Assembly: GCA_964016885.1 (NCBI GenBank)
Contig: OZ024748.1
Span: forward strand, 59,458,001-59,522,000
Origin: Eledone cirrhosa
Lineage: Eukaryota
Reading direction: 5' to 3'
Length of the DNA stretch: 64,000 nucleotides
This document shows, one piece after another, positions 26,315 through 40,924 of this stretch. A program made the translations under genes and the position numbers. The number at the start of each line of letters is the position of its first letter. Within the stretch, counting starts at the first letter, position 1. Under the pieces are notes generated by a model, which saw nothing but the letters and a program-made list of their open reading frames with translations, searched no databases and was not told where the DNA came from.

Positions 26315-26600
26315 TGATCAAAAGAACATCTATTTTATTAATATTTGTATTTTAATATTAATAACTCTTGAAAATTATTTATTTCTTAGAGTGCTTCCAA
26401 TCTATTGTAAAACTCATTCTTTGATTTACTCATTGAATCTTGTTTAACTCTTTAATATACATATATATATATATATGTGTATGTATATATATATGTACAC
26501 ACACACACACATATATATATATATATGTGTGTATGTATATAGATTTATACACACACACATATATATATATATATATGTGTGTGTATGTATATATATATGT

Positions 26601-26634
<34 letters not shown>

Positions 26635-26656
26635 GTGTGTATGTATATATATATGT

Positions 26657-26690
<34 letters not shown>

Positions 26691-26712
26691 GTGTGTATGT
26701 ATATATATATGT

Positions 26713-26770
<58 letters not shown>

Positions 26771-26786
26771 ATGTATATATATATGT

Positions 26787-26828
<42 letters not shown>

Positions 26829-26848
26829 GTGTATGTATATATATTTAT

Positions 26849-26890
<42 letters not shown>

Positions 26891-26906
26891 ATGTATATAT
26901 ATTTAT

Positions 26907-26946
<40 letters not shown>

Positions 26947-27309
26947 ATAGTTTTTATAACATCTGTCTTTCAGGTTAATGTCTTCAATGTTCTCTCCAGC
27001 ATGAATCTACATTAGCAAGACTTCTTCTTCTTCACCTTCTTCTTCTTCTTCACCTTCTTCACCTTCTTCGCCTTCTTCTTCGCCGCCTTCTCCTTCGCCT
27101 TCTTCTTCTTCGCCTTCTCCTTCGCCTTCTTCTTCTCCTTCTCCTCCTTCTCCTTCGCCTTCTTCTTCTTCTTCTCCTTCTCATCACCCCCCCCCTCCTT
27201 TAGTATGACATTCTTAAAATGCTAAAACTATGTCTATAACTGCATCATATTAAGAATTACGGCAATTACAAATGTAATATTTGTAATATTAGAGTATATA
27301 TATGTATAA

Positions 27310-27341
<32 letters not shown>

Positions 27342-27344
27342 GTC

Positions 27345-27895
27345 GAGTCACTCTTGAGTGCTACTGGTAACATGTAACCCAGTACAACCTGTCGCATGGT
27401 CGAGTCGTCGGCGACTAAACCGACAACCCCACCAAGTTTACTTGGTGAGGAGGGTGATTTTGGACACCCTGCAGGACAAAAAACAAAACCTGACAAAGGG
27501 CAGAAGAACTCATAAGAGTCAACGGCCATCGAAAAGTGTGTAAATATGTATATACACATGTACATATGTATGTATATGTATATGTGCATATACATGGGTG
27601 CATGTGTGTGTATATGCGCGGGACATAGAAATAGTCGTGCTGGACACCGGATCGCGCGGTTAAACCACTGGGAGTGAAGGACCCCTAGCCTTTGTCAGGG
27701 CATTCTTCTAGGAGAAGGCAACTCAGGAAACTGGGATAACTCTGATATAAAACCTGCAGCTCAGTAGTTACCGATGATGTTGATCTTTTCTTCTTTTCGG
27801 GTTATAGCTACTGTCACTCAGAGAGTGGGATTGGCTCAGTGCAGTCTTTCCTCACTTTAAAAAATATCTTCATGCACAGGCATTGCACGATAGAA
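27345..27895 (+). mobile_element. Two unclassified interspersed-repeat fragments (27345-27540, 27620-27895)
   Basis: GC-richer islands between (TA)n/(TG)n; the second carries ctaggagaagg..actctgat..aaacc, resembling RTE 5'-UTR-derived motifs. Confidence 0.35.
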
Positions 27896-28687
27896 TTAAT
27901 TAATAATTATTAATAATGGTATATCGTGCAATGGCCATACTCGATAATGAGTGGGCAGCCATCATATATATATATATATAGAGAGAGAGATAAATCTACC
28001 AAAATATACGGTAGTGTCCAATCCGTATGAAGAACTCAATGTATTCCAAATATCAGGAAAAGAGATGTATTCAAAAATTTTTTCGATGAAAATCACAGGA
28101 AAACAGAGTCAAGATATATATATATATATATATAGATTAATGGAGGTGTTTATGTATAAACATTAACTGAATAATCACTCAGTTTATATAACAAGGTATA
28201 GATTTTATCTTACAAAGAACTGACAGTGACTTCAAAGTTTTGGCTCTAATATGGCTTGTCAGTCTACAATTATTGTCTCTTTATGAGTAAGTTATCTGAT
28301 TGGACAGACTGTAGTAAGTGGTCATGAATGGAAGTTGCCAGCTGGTGTTAGTTTTATGAATGGGATTTGACAGACTGTGTTAGTTTTATGAATGGGAATA
28401 CCATTTGCAACAGTTAACCCTTTCACTATTATATTTCTAAGGAAATACACTGCTAATATCTTTTCAATTAATTTTGAAAGTAATAAAAAATTTGGAGGAA
28501 GTTAGTAAAATATCTAATATTTTCATTATTAACTCTTAATAGCCTGTAGTTTTCCAGAAAATATTTCAAAACGTTTGTTTATTCAAATGTTTATAGTATC
28601 TCTACAGAACATTGTGAACATTTGCAGTATTAGAATAGGGACTTTAATGTTTCATGTGAGTCATATTGCTGTTTTGTATTTTTTTCA

Positions 28688-29083
28688 AGAATTATCTTGC
28701 TAATGTGGTTTCGTGTGGTACAGGAGTTTGAGAATTATCTTGTTAATGTGGTTTTGTGTGGTACAACAGGAGGTTGAGAATTATCTTGCTAATGTGGTTT
28801 CGTGTGGTACAGGAGGTTGAGAATTATCTTGCTAATGTGGTTTCGTGTGGTACAGGAGGTTGAGAATTATCTTGCTAATGTGGTTTCGTGTGGTACAGGA
28901 GGTTGAGAATTATCTTGCTAATGTGGTTTCGTGTGGTACAGGAGTTTGATAATTATTTCGTTAATGTGGTTTCATGTGGTACAAGATATGGAGAATTATC
29001 TTGCTAATGTGGTTTTGTGTGGTTCAGGAGGTTGAGAATTATCTTGCTAATGTGGTTTTGTGTGGTACAGGAGGTTGAGAATT
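28688..29083. repeat. 43-bp minisatellite, ~9 copies
   Basis: agaattatcttgctaatgtggtttcgtgtggtacaggaggttg repeated. Confidence 0.93.
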
Positions 29084-29126
29084 AAGCTAGTATTTGGAAC
29101 ATTACTTGACATCAAATTCTTACCTA

Positions 29127-29340
29127 ACCCTTTTAACATTTACATTACTCAATATATACTATTGTATTTTCATGGTAAGGGTTTTATCTCACATAATATC
29201 GAATCTAAGAGATTTTGATATTATTTATTTTGAGAACAATACTTTAACACCAGCATGAGTGGCTAGTTACAGCTGGTTTGAACAGGAAGAGGTGAGAGAA
29301 TTCTGGCCAGATGCAGCCGGTTTAAATGCTAAAGGGTTAA
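29127..29340 (-). mobile_element. piggyBac-type MITE (~220 bp family); other copies at 16288-16510, 30164-30690, 40413-40635, 58600-58810
   Basis: CCCTTT...AAAGGG termini with TTAA-like flanks; shared internal sequence. Confidence 0.8.
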
Positions 29341-29619
29341 AATAATGATGGCAGGTTTTAATTAAAGTATAAACACTTTTAAATTAACTATACAGCCAGG
29401 GGAAATTTTATGGCAGTTTTGTTATAAAAAGGACATTAATGGTGATAATGATAATTATGATGATGATAATAATGATGATGATGATGATCTTTTGAGCCTT
29501 CAATTATATTTTGTTAATTCTTTGTTATAGAAATGTTCCTTGGTGAACCATTTAGTGCTATATTTAAGTTTTCATCTTCGTGAACTCATGATAAAATGTA
29601 ATTTATAACATTTTTAATT

Positions 29620-29918
29620 ATAAAATAAAAATAAAATAAAAATAAAATTCAAATAAAATAAATAAAAGTAATAAAAATAAAATAAATTCAAATAAAATAA
29701 ATAAAAATAATAAAAATAAAATAAATTCAAATAAAATAAATGAAAATAATAAAAATAAAATAAAATATAAATAAAAATAAAATGAAAACAAAATAAAATG
29801 GAATAAGATAAAATTCAAATAAATTAAATTCAAATAAAATAAATAAAAATAATAAAAATGAAATAAAATATAAAATAAAATAAAATGAAATAAAGATAAA
29901 ATAAAATAAAATAAAATT
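29620..29918. repeat. (AAAAT)n AT-rich low complexity
   Basis: Direct inspection. Confidence 0.9.
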
Positions 29919-30178
29919 CCAAATTGGTTTCAATAGTTCAAGTGTCCACACAATTACTGAGAAGGTTGTCTTGATCCTGTTATATAAATAGTTACCAAAA
30001 TATAAGACTTCTCTGGCATGACTTTAGCTATTTTATGGCTTCTTTACAGCTTGCCACTTTTCTCAGTTCATTCATATTGAAATGATTGATCACAATTCTC
30101 CAATCCTTTTATTACATCATCGCCTACCACATTCACTATTTTGATATTTTGTGTTTATATTAACCCTTTAGCATTTAA

Positions 30179-30572
30179 ACTGTAGCTCGGAGATCAGAGA
30201 GTCATTCTAGGTAGAACTGCTACTTCTCCGAATTGAGAGATCACAGCTCGGATACTATGGGCATGTGGTTAGAATGTCTCAGGAAAGAATCACTGGAGGG
30301 TCACTCCAAGTAGAGCTGCTACTTCTTTGAATTGAGAGATTACAGCTCCGATACTATGGACATGTGGTTAGAATGTCTCAAGAAAGAATCACTGGAGAGT
30401 CACTCCAGGAAGAGCTGCTACTTCTCTGAATTGAGAGATCGCAGCTCGAATTGAGAGATCACAATTCCGATACTATGGACATGTGGTTAGAACGTCTCAG
30501 GAAAGAATTGCTGGAGAGATCACAGCTCAAATTGAGAGATCTCAGGAAGAAGTAGGGGGAAGAAGGTGAAGA
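30179..30572 (+). mobile_element. Insertion with ~100-bp tandem units and GAA-rich tail inside a piggyBac-type MITE
   Basis: 9-bp duplication agcatttaa at 30170-30178 and 30573-30581; about three copies of gctacttct..gaattgagagat.acagctc.gatactatgg.catgtggttagaa. Confidence 0.65.
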
Positions 30573-30689
30573 AGCATTTAAGCCAGCCATATCCAGCCAG
30601 AATTCTCTCACTTCTTTCTGTTGAAACCTGCCATAACTGACCGGCCACTCATACTGATGTTAAGGTGTTCTCAAAATAAATAATACTGT

Positions 30690-30975
30690 CTGGCAGGATC
30701 CCCACACTCACATGCTGGGCAGTCTTTCATTTTACATCGATGGAGATGATGGGCTGCCTGGCATGTGTTGTGTGGATCTGATTAAGGGATGCCCATTGCT
30801 TTCTAGGAAGGTCAAAATCATCTCGTTTAGATGTGGCCTCCTGGACGAGGTCTTGGTTGGTAAATCTGGACTCATTGGGATTGGTTTGGGGGCTTATGTA
30901 TATTGTCTTAATTGTTAGAATAATTGGGTTTAGACAATGTTGTATAGTGAAGAAGTGTGTGTCCTTTGCAACCAT
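30690..30975 (-). mobile_element. Old non-LTR ORF2 C-terminal remnant (I-group/Vingi-like, tentative)
   Basis: FDLPRKQWASLNQIHTTH resembles the GFDLPR..W..LNR.RTG motif. Confidence 0.4.
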
Positions 30976-32368
30976 GTGGCTCTAGTTTGTTTTCTCTGCA
31001 TGTTACTAGCACCGTGGGCAAGTGTCTTCTACCATGCCATTGTGATTCACATTTGATAGACAGGAACTGTACAGAAGTCCATCATTACTTGCAATGAGAC
31101 TGTAAAGTTGCCATGTAGGTGTCATGACAAAAGCACACAGTATTTACTGTACATGTGGTTGGCATTAGGAAGGGCATCCAGCTGTAGAAACCAAGCCCAA
31201 ATCAGTTCTGTATGAGCAAGATATGGTCATCTGACCTGGCTTGTCATACAACAAGACAACTTGTCTAACCCATGCTAGCGTGGAAAATGGACATTAAACA
31301 GTGATGATGATGATGATTTCTTGTGACTTCCCCTTTCCTTCTCTTTGGAACTCCTTAAGAATTACCTCCGGATGTCTGGTTTCTGTCTTCTTCTTAAAGT
31401 GATGTTTTAAAGAAAAAAATAGTAATTTATCATGCACAGTATTCCATACAGCACCCTTCTGCATAATTGTCCAGAAAGCTTGTTAGCTTGGCACAGCAAC
31501 AACTATAAGATAGATGCAAGATATATCTCCTAAAGCTGCAGAAGACAGCTTGCTACTTAGCAATTCAAATACCGACAGGGAAACAACAAAATGCTGAGTA
31601 ATGAGAGAGAAAAAATAACAACAATAACAACAACAATAATAATAACAATAATAATGATAAATTTTGAGATATTTTTTATCATTATTTTTCAACTAAAATC
31701 TTTTCTTAAAAAAAAAAAAAAATTAAATAAAATGAAAAATATAAAATACCCATATAGAAAAATAAAAAAATACCCATCTAGATCATGGGTTTTGCATTTA
31801 AAACAAACAATAGAAAACAAATGAGAGAGAATCAGACATTTTTTTTTTTGTCAAGTATAACAAAGAAAAACCTAGGTAGTTATATGTCAGGAACTATAAT
31901 ACTGATAATTCATCAGTGGCCAAAAGCATTTTTATAATCCTATTATAGTGTATTGTAATCAGTTGGATTAACATATCAGTTAAATCTGTCTAGTTTATAG
32001 AAACCTTTCAGTCTTTCAGACTTTTAGTTTTTCAGACTTTTCTGTCTTTAATGAAATGCAATCGTAATAGGAATTCATGTGGTTTCTGTGATGTATACAC
32101 ATGACCTGCTGTTACAATAATATGGAATTGGCAGGCCATCTCTGAATCAAAATTGGTTCTTTATTTACTATTTTTTGTTTTCTGTTTTCTGTTTCTGTTT
32201 GCCAAAATCTTGTCCCCTTATATAACTAATTCTGCAATTAACACCTGATAGAATAGCCTGGGTCTTGCTTCATATTCGGATGATGAAGCTGGGTCATTGA
32301 TATATGTATAGTGTTTGCGCAGAATCAAAATTATAACGTTTCCAGTCCAGCGTTCTGTTGCTGTTTTT

Positions 32369-32405
<37 letters not shown>

Positions 32406-32733
32406 ACATTGCTTAGGGAAAGATGAGTCATTTAGTGGATAATATGGTAAATAATAATTGCAACTCAGTTTTTAATGAAATGCAATCTTACTGGGAGTTC
32501 ATATGGTTTTGCAATGTATACACCTACACACACACATATATATATATATACATATTGTATATGTATATGAGAAGATAAAGAAGTTTCCCTTTATGTTGGT
32601 TAATTCATATTTGTGTGGATCGAATATTGCAAACAAATGGTGAAATGATTGTGTAACAGTAATGAAACACATGTTAGGTAATGTAATAAATCTTTCTTCA
32701 AAACTCTCCTCTCTTCTTGCCTAGTTTTTCCTA

Positions 32734-33483
<750 letters not shown>

Positions 33484-33623
33484 AATTGTTTCTACTTTTT
33501 GGCACAAGGCCAGCAAATTACCCAGTGCATTACTGGTACTTTATTTTATCGACCCCGTTAACCTCGGCGGGGTTTGAACTCAGAATGGCAAGGGCCGTAA
33601 CTCTGCGTCAAAGCATGGCGTCT
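33484..33623 (-). mobile_element. SINE family A (internally deleted)
   Basis: Reverse complement of family tail, B-box and head. Confidence 0.8.
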
Positions 33624-33670
33624 GAATGTTATATATTTCTATGTAAATGTGTGTATATATATATATATAT

Positions 33671-34001
33671 ATCATCATCATCATCATCATCATTTTACGT
33701 CCGCTTTTCCCTGCTTGCAAGGGTGGGACGGGAACTTATTCTGGGTTGATTTCCTTCCTAACACCAACCTCATTTACAGTGAGTGCTAGGTGCTTTTTTG
33801 CTGTGGCACCTCCACGACCACTTTACAGTGGAATGATAGGGACCCCAGTCCCTATCATCTCATTTCTACAGCTGAGTAAACTGGAGCAATGTGAAATAAA
33901 GTGTCTTGCTCAAGGAAACAACACATCACCCGGTCTGAGAATTGAACTCACAACCTTTCGATTGCAAGCCCAATGCTCTAACCACTAAGCCATGTGCCTC
34001 C
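33671..34001 (-). mobile_element. SINE family B: tRNA-like head, ccttgagcaagacact core, RTE-LINE-derived tail
   Basis: Minus strand ggaggcacatggcttagtggttagagc...gagttcaattc; tail matches the LINE 3'UTR; near-identical copy at 60835-61170. Confidence 0.85.
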
Positions 34002-35283
34002 ATAAATAAATATATATATATATATATATATATATCTGTGCGTGCGCGTGTGTGTATGTATATATATATATATATATATATATACATACACATATGTATA
34101 TATGTATGTATAAGGTGTAGGTGTCTATGTATCATGCTTTCTTCATTGGTTAGGTCTAGAAGAAGGGCCTTTGCCCATAGCCATTCCAGACTTTCTGAAT
34201 CTGTGACATTACAGTGGTTTACCTGAGGGTTTCTGAGGGTCTTACCTGAGTATTGTAGTCTCTGACATTGTAGAGGGGGTCTCTCCTGAGTATTTTAAAG
34301 AGTCTCTAGAATATCTCACCTGAGCATTGTAGATTTCTAGGGTGGTAGTTGTGGTGATTGTGATTATAGCTATGGTGATGGTGGTGGTTGTGGTAGTGGT
34401 GGTTGTGGTGATGGGGAGATAGTGAAGGCAATAATGATTGTGGTAGTAGTGGTGGTTGTGGTGGTGGTGGTGGTGGTGGTGGTAGTGGTGGAAGCTGTGA
34501 TGGTGGTGATAGTGGTGATGGCAGCAATGGTTGTGGTGGTGGTGGTGTTGGTGGCGGTAGTAGTAGCGGTGATGGTTGTGACGGTGGTGGTGGTGGTGGT
34601 GGTGGAGGAGGAGCTTATGATGGTAGTAATGGTTATGGTGGTGTTGGTGATAGTGTAGTTGTTGTTGTTATTGGTAGTGGGTGGTAGTGGTGGTGGTGCT
34701 GATGGTGGTGAAAGCAGTGATTGTGGTGGTGATGGTGGTGGTAGTGGTGATGGTGGTTGTGGTTGTGATGGTGGTTGTGGTTGTGATGGTGGTGGTGGTA
34801 GTGGGTGCTAGTTATAATGGTATTAGTGATGGTGGTGATGATGATAGTGTTGTTGTTGTTATTGGTAGTGGTGGTAGTTATAATGGTATTAGTGATGGTG
34901 GTGATGGTGATAGTGTTGTTGTTGGTGTTATTGGTAGTGGGTGCTAGTTATAATGGTATTAGTGATGGTGGTGATGGTGATGAAAGCTCTACAGTAATAT
35001 TAAGGTTGATTTAACTGAGAAGCAATCTAGAGAAATATACAGTATAAGGTAAAAGCCTGCTTTACATGTAACATAATAATTTAGTGTATTGTTGAAGTTT
35101 TCCATCTCTTTCATTGCTAGTTTTAACATTGAAGTATGGAACTAAGATAACAAATATAAATGGTACATATATATATTTATATATATATATATATATTATA
35201 TATATATATATAAAACTAAATATAACAAAATATAAAAGCTATATATATATATATATATATATATATAACCAAATATAAAAGCT

Positions 35284-35357
<74 letters not shown>

Positions 35358-36139
35358 ACTATATAAAAGCTACATATATATATATAAAATGATGATGGTG
35401 ATGATATATATATATATACAACTATATAAAAGCTACATATATATATATATATATAGCTAAGGTAACTATATAAAAGCTACATATATATATATATATATAT
35501 AACTATATATAACCAAATACTACTGTGTACAAATTATTATATTTAGTTGGAGCAACAGAAAAATTTACAAAGTTGGGTGGTAAATTATAGTCTATGTCAT
35601 CTACTTTCAACTATATACGTGGTAATTTCTAGCAAGATGGTAATTTTCTACATGATGCTTCTTAGCCATCTTAGTATGTGATTTGTATGATTTTTGTGTG
35701 ATGTTTGTGAGGTATGTGTGATGTATGTGATGTATTGTGTGATGTATGTGTGTGATGTTTCTGTGTGATGTTTGTGATGTGTGTGTGTGATGTGTGTGTG
35801 TGATGTGTGTGTGATGTATGTGTGTGATGTATGTGTGTGATGTTTGTGTGTGATGTTTGTGTGTGATGTATGCTTGATGTGTGTGATGTTTATGATGTGT
35901 GATGTGTGTGTGATGTATGTTTGATGTGTGTGTGTGTGATGTATGGGGTGTATGAATTCTCATAGAGAGGGGGAGATAGACATAGACAAACTTATGTAGA
36001 TAGGAATATACACAGGAGGAGATAAAGGAGTGGATGGTGGGATGGAGGGATGGCGGGATAGAGGCATAGGTAGATGGTTGCATGGATATATAGATAGATG
36101 GAGGGATAGATAGATTGATATTCATGGTTATATAGATAT

Positions 36140-36360
36140 CTTTCTTTATTAGTCACAGGGGCACAAAGGAAGGGGACAAATACAAAGGGGAAGTTTACTT
36201 ACAATAAAAACGTGTAAAATACTATCACAAATGCAATTTAAAAAACAATCTATTTTCCCCAATATGGGGAGACATTACATATAGGTAACACATACCCCCC
36301 AAAAAATGTGCAACCCTCATCTCCAGGAGTACGAAGAGTGAGTATCCCCCTTCCTCTCTT
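36140..36360 (-). mobile_element. Tx1/L1-like 3'UTR, copy 4, inside (GATA)n
   Basis: Reverse complement of 23285-23482. Confidence 0.78.
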
Positions 36361-37234
36361 AGTAGGTAGATAGATAGATAGATAGAAGGTGGGTTTGGAA
36401 GGATCGATGGATAAATAGACAAATAGATATATTTATGAATACATAACTAGAAAGAGATAGATTGATATTTATAGATATAGTTATGGATACATAGTCATAT
36501 AGATAGGTGAATAGGAAAGATGGATGGACAGACATATAGATAGGTGTGTGGAAGGATGGATAGATAGATGTTTATAGATATATTTATGGATACATAGATA
36601 GATGAATGAAGAGATATAGCTGAAGTTTTTGATAGGTTTTACTAGATAGTAAAATAGATAGTTAAATGGATGGTTGAATGCTGAAAACCTGATAAAAGAG
36701 AATAAAATATATATGGAGAGAAGTGAAAATATAGATCAGACGTTTTTGATAGATGTTGAAAAGATTTTGATTCCAGATTAATCCTTTTAATACTTTTTTA
36801 TTTCGTTAATGCTTCTCATTCAGTTTCTGTGTGGCACAAAAGCACAAAGGCACAGAGTCTCGTCTCTCTTCCCATGCAGTTCACAGTAACCTTTACCCTT
36901 CTTAATGACTCATCTAGCCTTATCATCCACGTGACTCTCAATCAATATGTTTGTAGGCTCAAGTCAGTGTTGTAGGAAAAGGGAAATATAGTTTGAATTG
37001 AGTAGAAAATCGAGGAGTAATGTGATTTGAAGAAATGTTGTTTCAATACCTGACATACTGTTAACCAAGATTTAAAGAAACATTATTTCCATAAACTCAT
37101 CATATCAATACCCACTCTGTCTCTTTGAAAATAGAGTGAAATTATTTAAAGAAATGTTATTTTAATACTGTACATAGCATTAATTAATATTCCTTTGGAA
37201 ATAGTGTCAAGTGATTTAAAGAAACATTATTTCA

Positions 37235-37712
37235 GGATTGGCAGTATGGGTAGAGGGTTGGACGCCATGTTTTGCAGCAAAGAGTTACGGCCCTTTATGG
37301 TCTGAGTTCAAATCCCGCCGAGGTTAACTTTGCCTTTCATCCTTACGGGGTCGATAAAATAAAGTACCAGTAATACACTGGGATAATTGCTGGCCTTGTG
37401 CCAAAAGTAGAAACATTTATTTCAATATCTAACATTACATTATCTAATATTCCTTTGGAAACTGTGAAGTGATTTAAAGAAACATTATTTTAACGAAGAG
37501 TGGTGGTTTGGCAGTATCGGTAGAGAGTCGGACACCATGCTTTCAAGCATAGAGTTACGTCCCTTTATGATCTGAGTTCAAATCCCACCGAGGTTAACTT
37601 TGCCTTTCATCCTTAAAGGGTCGATAAAATAAAGTACCAGGCAGGCGCTGGGGTCGATTTAATCGACTTTCCCTTCCCCCCAAATTGCTGGCCTTGTGCC
37701 TATTTAAGAAAC
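37235..37712 (+). mobile_element. Two tandem SINE A copies (37235-37414, 37497-37712)
   Basis: Family consensus; second copy flanked by cattattttaacg (37483-37495, 37713-37725). Confidence 0.88.
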
Positions 37713-38019
37713 CATTATTTTAACGGAGTACATAACATTATCTCATGTTCCAAATATTCTTAGTTTTTTGCAATTTTCAGTCCTTCATCGTTGGGTTTTG
37801 TGTTCTGTCCATGATATTCTAAACTGTCTTCTATATGGGTTGGCAGAAAAGTTCATAGGATGACCAAGACACACTCATGGAATGACCAAATGAGGTTTAT
37901 TTTTCAACATAGTCTCTAGAAAAGAAACAATGCAGTTATTAATAAGAAGAGATGAAATTAATGTATGCAAGATTTCACAGCTCTAGCGTCACTCCTTCAT
38001 AGTCACTTTTGTATGTGTC

Positions 38020-40376
38020 TACAGGCAGGAGGAGAGTGACTTGGTGGTGGAACAATAAGGTAGATGAGGCAGTTAAGGCCAAGAGACAGGCATGGAAAGA
38101 ATGGAAGAACGGGGGAAGCAGGGTACATTACATAGAGACCAAGAGGGAAGCTAGGCGACAAGTATACTTAGCTAGGAGGGAAGCAGAGGATAGAAAATTC
38201 AAGCATGTTTTGCAACATGAGGACCAGAAACAGGAGGTGTTCAAGATTGCGAGGCAGTGTGTCAGAGAGAGTTGTGATGTCATTGGAGAGAAGTGTATCC
38301 GGAATGATAAAGGTGAGCTTGCCCTCACAAGTGCTGAGAAGAAAGATGCATGGAAGAGCCATTATGATAAATTACTAAATGAGGAGAATGCATGGGAAGA
38401 AGAGACCCTACCCCAAGTAGACCCTATAGAGGGGCCAGCAGTACAAGTCAGCTGCAGCGTAGTAAGTAAGGCAATCAAAGATATGAAGATGGGGAAGGCA
38501 ACCGGTCCATCGGGTATAGCTGCCGAGATGCTGAAGGCATCTGGGTCTGTTGGTCACACTATAACCACACGTATTGTTAACCAGGTAATACTAGAAGGTG
38601 TCATACCAAATGATTGGTGCAGTAGCATCATTGTCAACTGCTACAAAGGTAAAGATGATGCACTAGATAGAGGAAACTATAGAGGTATAAAGCTGATGAA
38701 CCAGGTCATGAAAGTAACAGAAAGAGTTATAGCACAGTTGATTAGGGACCGGGTGAAACTAGATGAGATGCAATTTGGGTTTGTACCAGGAAGAGGCACC
38801 ACTGATGCTCTCTTCCTTGTGAGGCAGTTACAGGAAAAGTACCTAGCTAAAAGTAAGCCACTCTACTTGGCATTCGTCGATCTCGAGAAAGCCTTTAACA
38901 GAGTTCCACGTGCTATAATCTGGTGGGCTCTTAGAAAACTAGGAGTAGATGAATGGCTTGTGAAAGCTGTACAAGCCATGTATAGGGGAGCAGTCAGCAA
39001 AGTTAGGATTAGCAATGAGTATAGCGAGGAATTTAGCGTACAGGTTGGTGTCCACTAGGGCTCTGTTCTTAGCCCTCTCCTGTTCATTATAGTCCTGCAG
39101 GCAATAATGGAGGAGTTTAAGACCGGATGCCCATGGGAACTCGTGTATGCAGATGACCTCGCACTTATAACTGAGTCTATGTTAGAACTAGAGAAAAAAT
39201 TCCAAACTTGGAAGCAGGGACTAGAAAGAAAGGGTCTCAAAGTCAACCTGACAAAGACTAAGGTCCTTGTAAGTAGACTAGAAAACAGAACCCAGATCCC
39301 CTCAGGGAAATGGCCTTGCTCAGTATGTAGGAAAGGTGTAGGTAGGAACTCCATTCTCTGCCCAAATGTAAACAATGGGTACACAAGAGATGTAGCGGGA
39401 TCTCAGGAAGCTTAATTAAGAATGTAGGCTTCACATGTAGCAGCTGTGCTGGGACAGCAAGCAGCAAGCAGCCACAGGAAACAAGTACCACCAATCACTG
39501 GGCTCTGTAGAAACAGTAGACAGCTTCTGCTACCTAGCAACGGAGGTGAGTGTTCAGAAAGTACAATAACTCGGGTAAGAACGGGATGGAAGAAGTTCAG
39601 GGAATTACTGCCACTGCTCAATGAAAGGCAGACTGTATGATGCGTGTATACGAACAGCAATGTTACATGGTAATGAGACCTGGGCGCTGAAGGTGGAAGA
39701 CTTACGTAGATTAGAAAGAAACGAAGCCTGCATGCTCCGATGGATGTGTAATAGTAATATACGCGAATGGCAAAGCATAAATGAATTGAGAGAGAGACTG
39801 AGCATAAGAGGAATCAAATGCTGTGTGCAGGAGAGGCGGTTGCATTGGTATGGACATGTGATGGGTATGAAGGATGACAGCTGCATAAAAAGATGCAGAG
39901 CACTAGAAGTCATTGGAAACCGCGGAGTGGGGAGACCCAAGAAAACCTGGGATGAGGTGATAAAAGCCGACCTTACCCAATTACACCTCTCAAAGGCGAT
40001 GACACACGACCGTGACCTCTGGCGTCACACAGTAATACAGAGTACCCGACCTCCCATGGGTACAAGCTGAAGCATATAGACAATATGCCCCCACACCCTC
40101 CCACTGCAAAGTGGTCGTGGAGGTGCCACGGCAAAAAAGCACCCAGCCCACACTGTAAAGTGGACGTGTAGGCGCCATGGAAAAAAGCACCCAGCACTCA
40201 CTGTAAATGAGGTTGGTGTTAGGAAGGGCATCCAGCTGTAGAAATCAAGCCAAAATCAGTTCCTGTATGAGCAAGGCATGGTCAGCCAACCAGACACTGC
40301 CCATAACAGGACAACCCGTCTAACCCATGCTAGCATGGAAGAACGGACGTAAAACAGTGATGATGATGATGATGAT
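38020..40376 (+). mobile_element. 5'-truncated, disabled RTE-clade LINE (RT domain)
   Basis: TWWWN, NYRGIKL, QFGFVPGRGTTDA, FVDLEKAF, H*GSVLSP (stop 39056-39058), YADD; frameshift and deletions downstream; (GAT)n tail. Confidence 0.95.
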
Positions 40377-40924
40377 CACAAAAACCTCCAATCTATTCTA
40401 ATGGAGATTAACCCTTTGGCATTTAAACTGGCCGTATCCGGCCAGAATTCTCTCACCTTTTTCTGTTCAAACTGACTGTAACTAGACACTCATACTTATG
40501 TTAAGGTATTGTTCTCAAAATAAATAACATCAAAATCTAATAGATTCAATATTATGTGAGATAATTATTTGAGGAAAAGCTTTTACCATGAAAATACAAT
40601 AGTGTATAGAGAGTAATGTAAATGCTAAAGAGTTCAACCAATTGAAAAAAAATAGTGTAGATTTAAATATTTTTTTACACTATTTTTTTTATTAACCATT
40701 CCAATACCTACCTGTTGCCTGAAACTCATTCCGGTTCTGTAATAAAACATTCCATTTTAAAATGTTTACATCTATATTATAACCATCCATCCTAATTTTA
40801 TGTAAAAACTTTGTGAATCTATGATAAAATATTCTGTTTTTAAGTATTTACATCTAAATTACAACCTTCCATCTTCATTTTATGTAAGTACATTCTGGAT
40901 CTATGATAAAATAATCCATTTTAA

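Noticed and set aside
33925-34001. tRNA-like sequences in SINE heads
   Set aside because: A/B boxes are present but there is no complete cloverleaf, and they run into SINE bodies; not tRNA genes.
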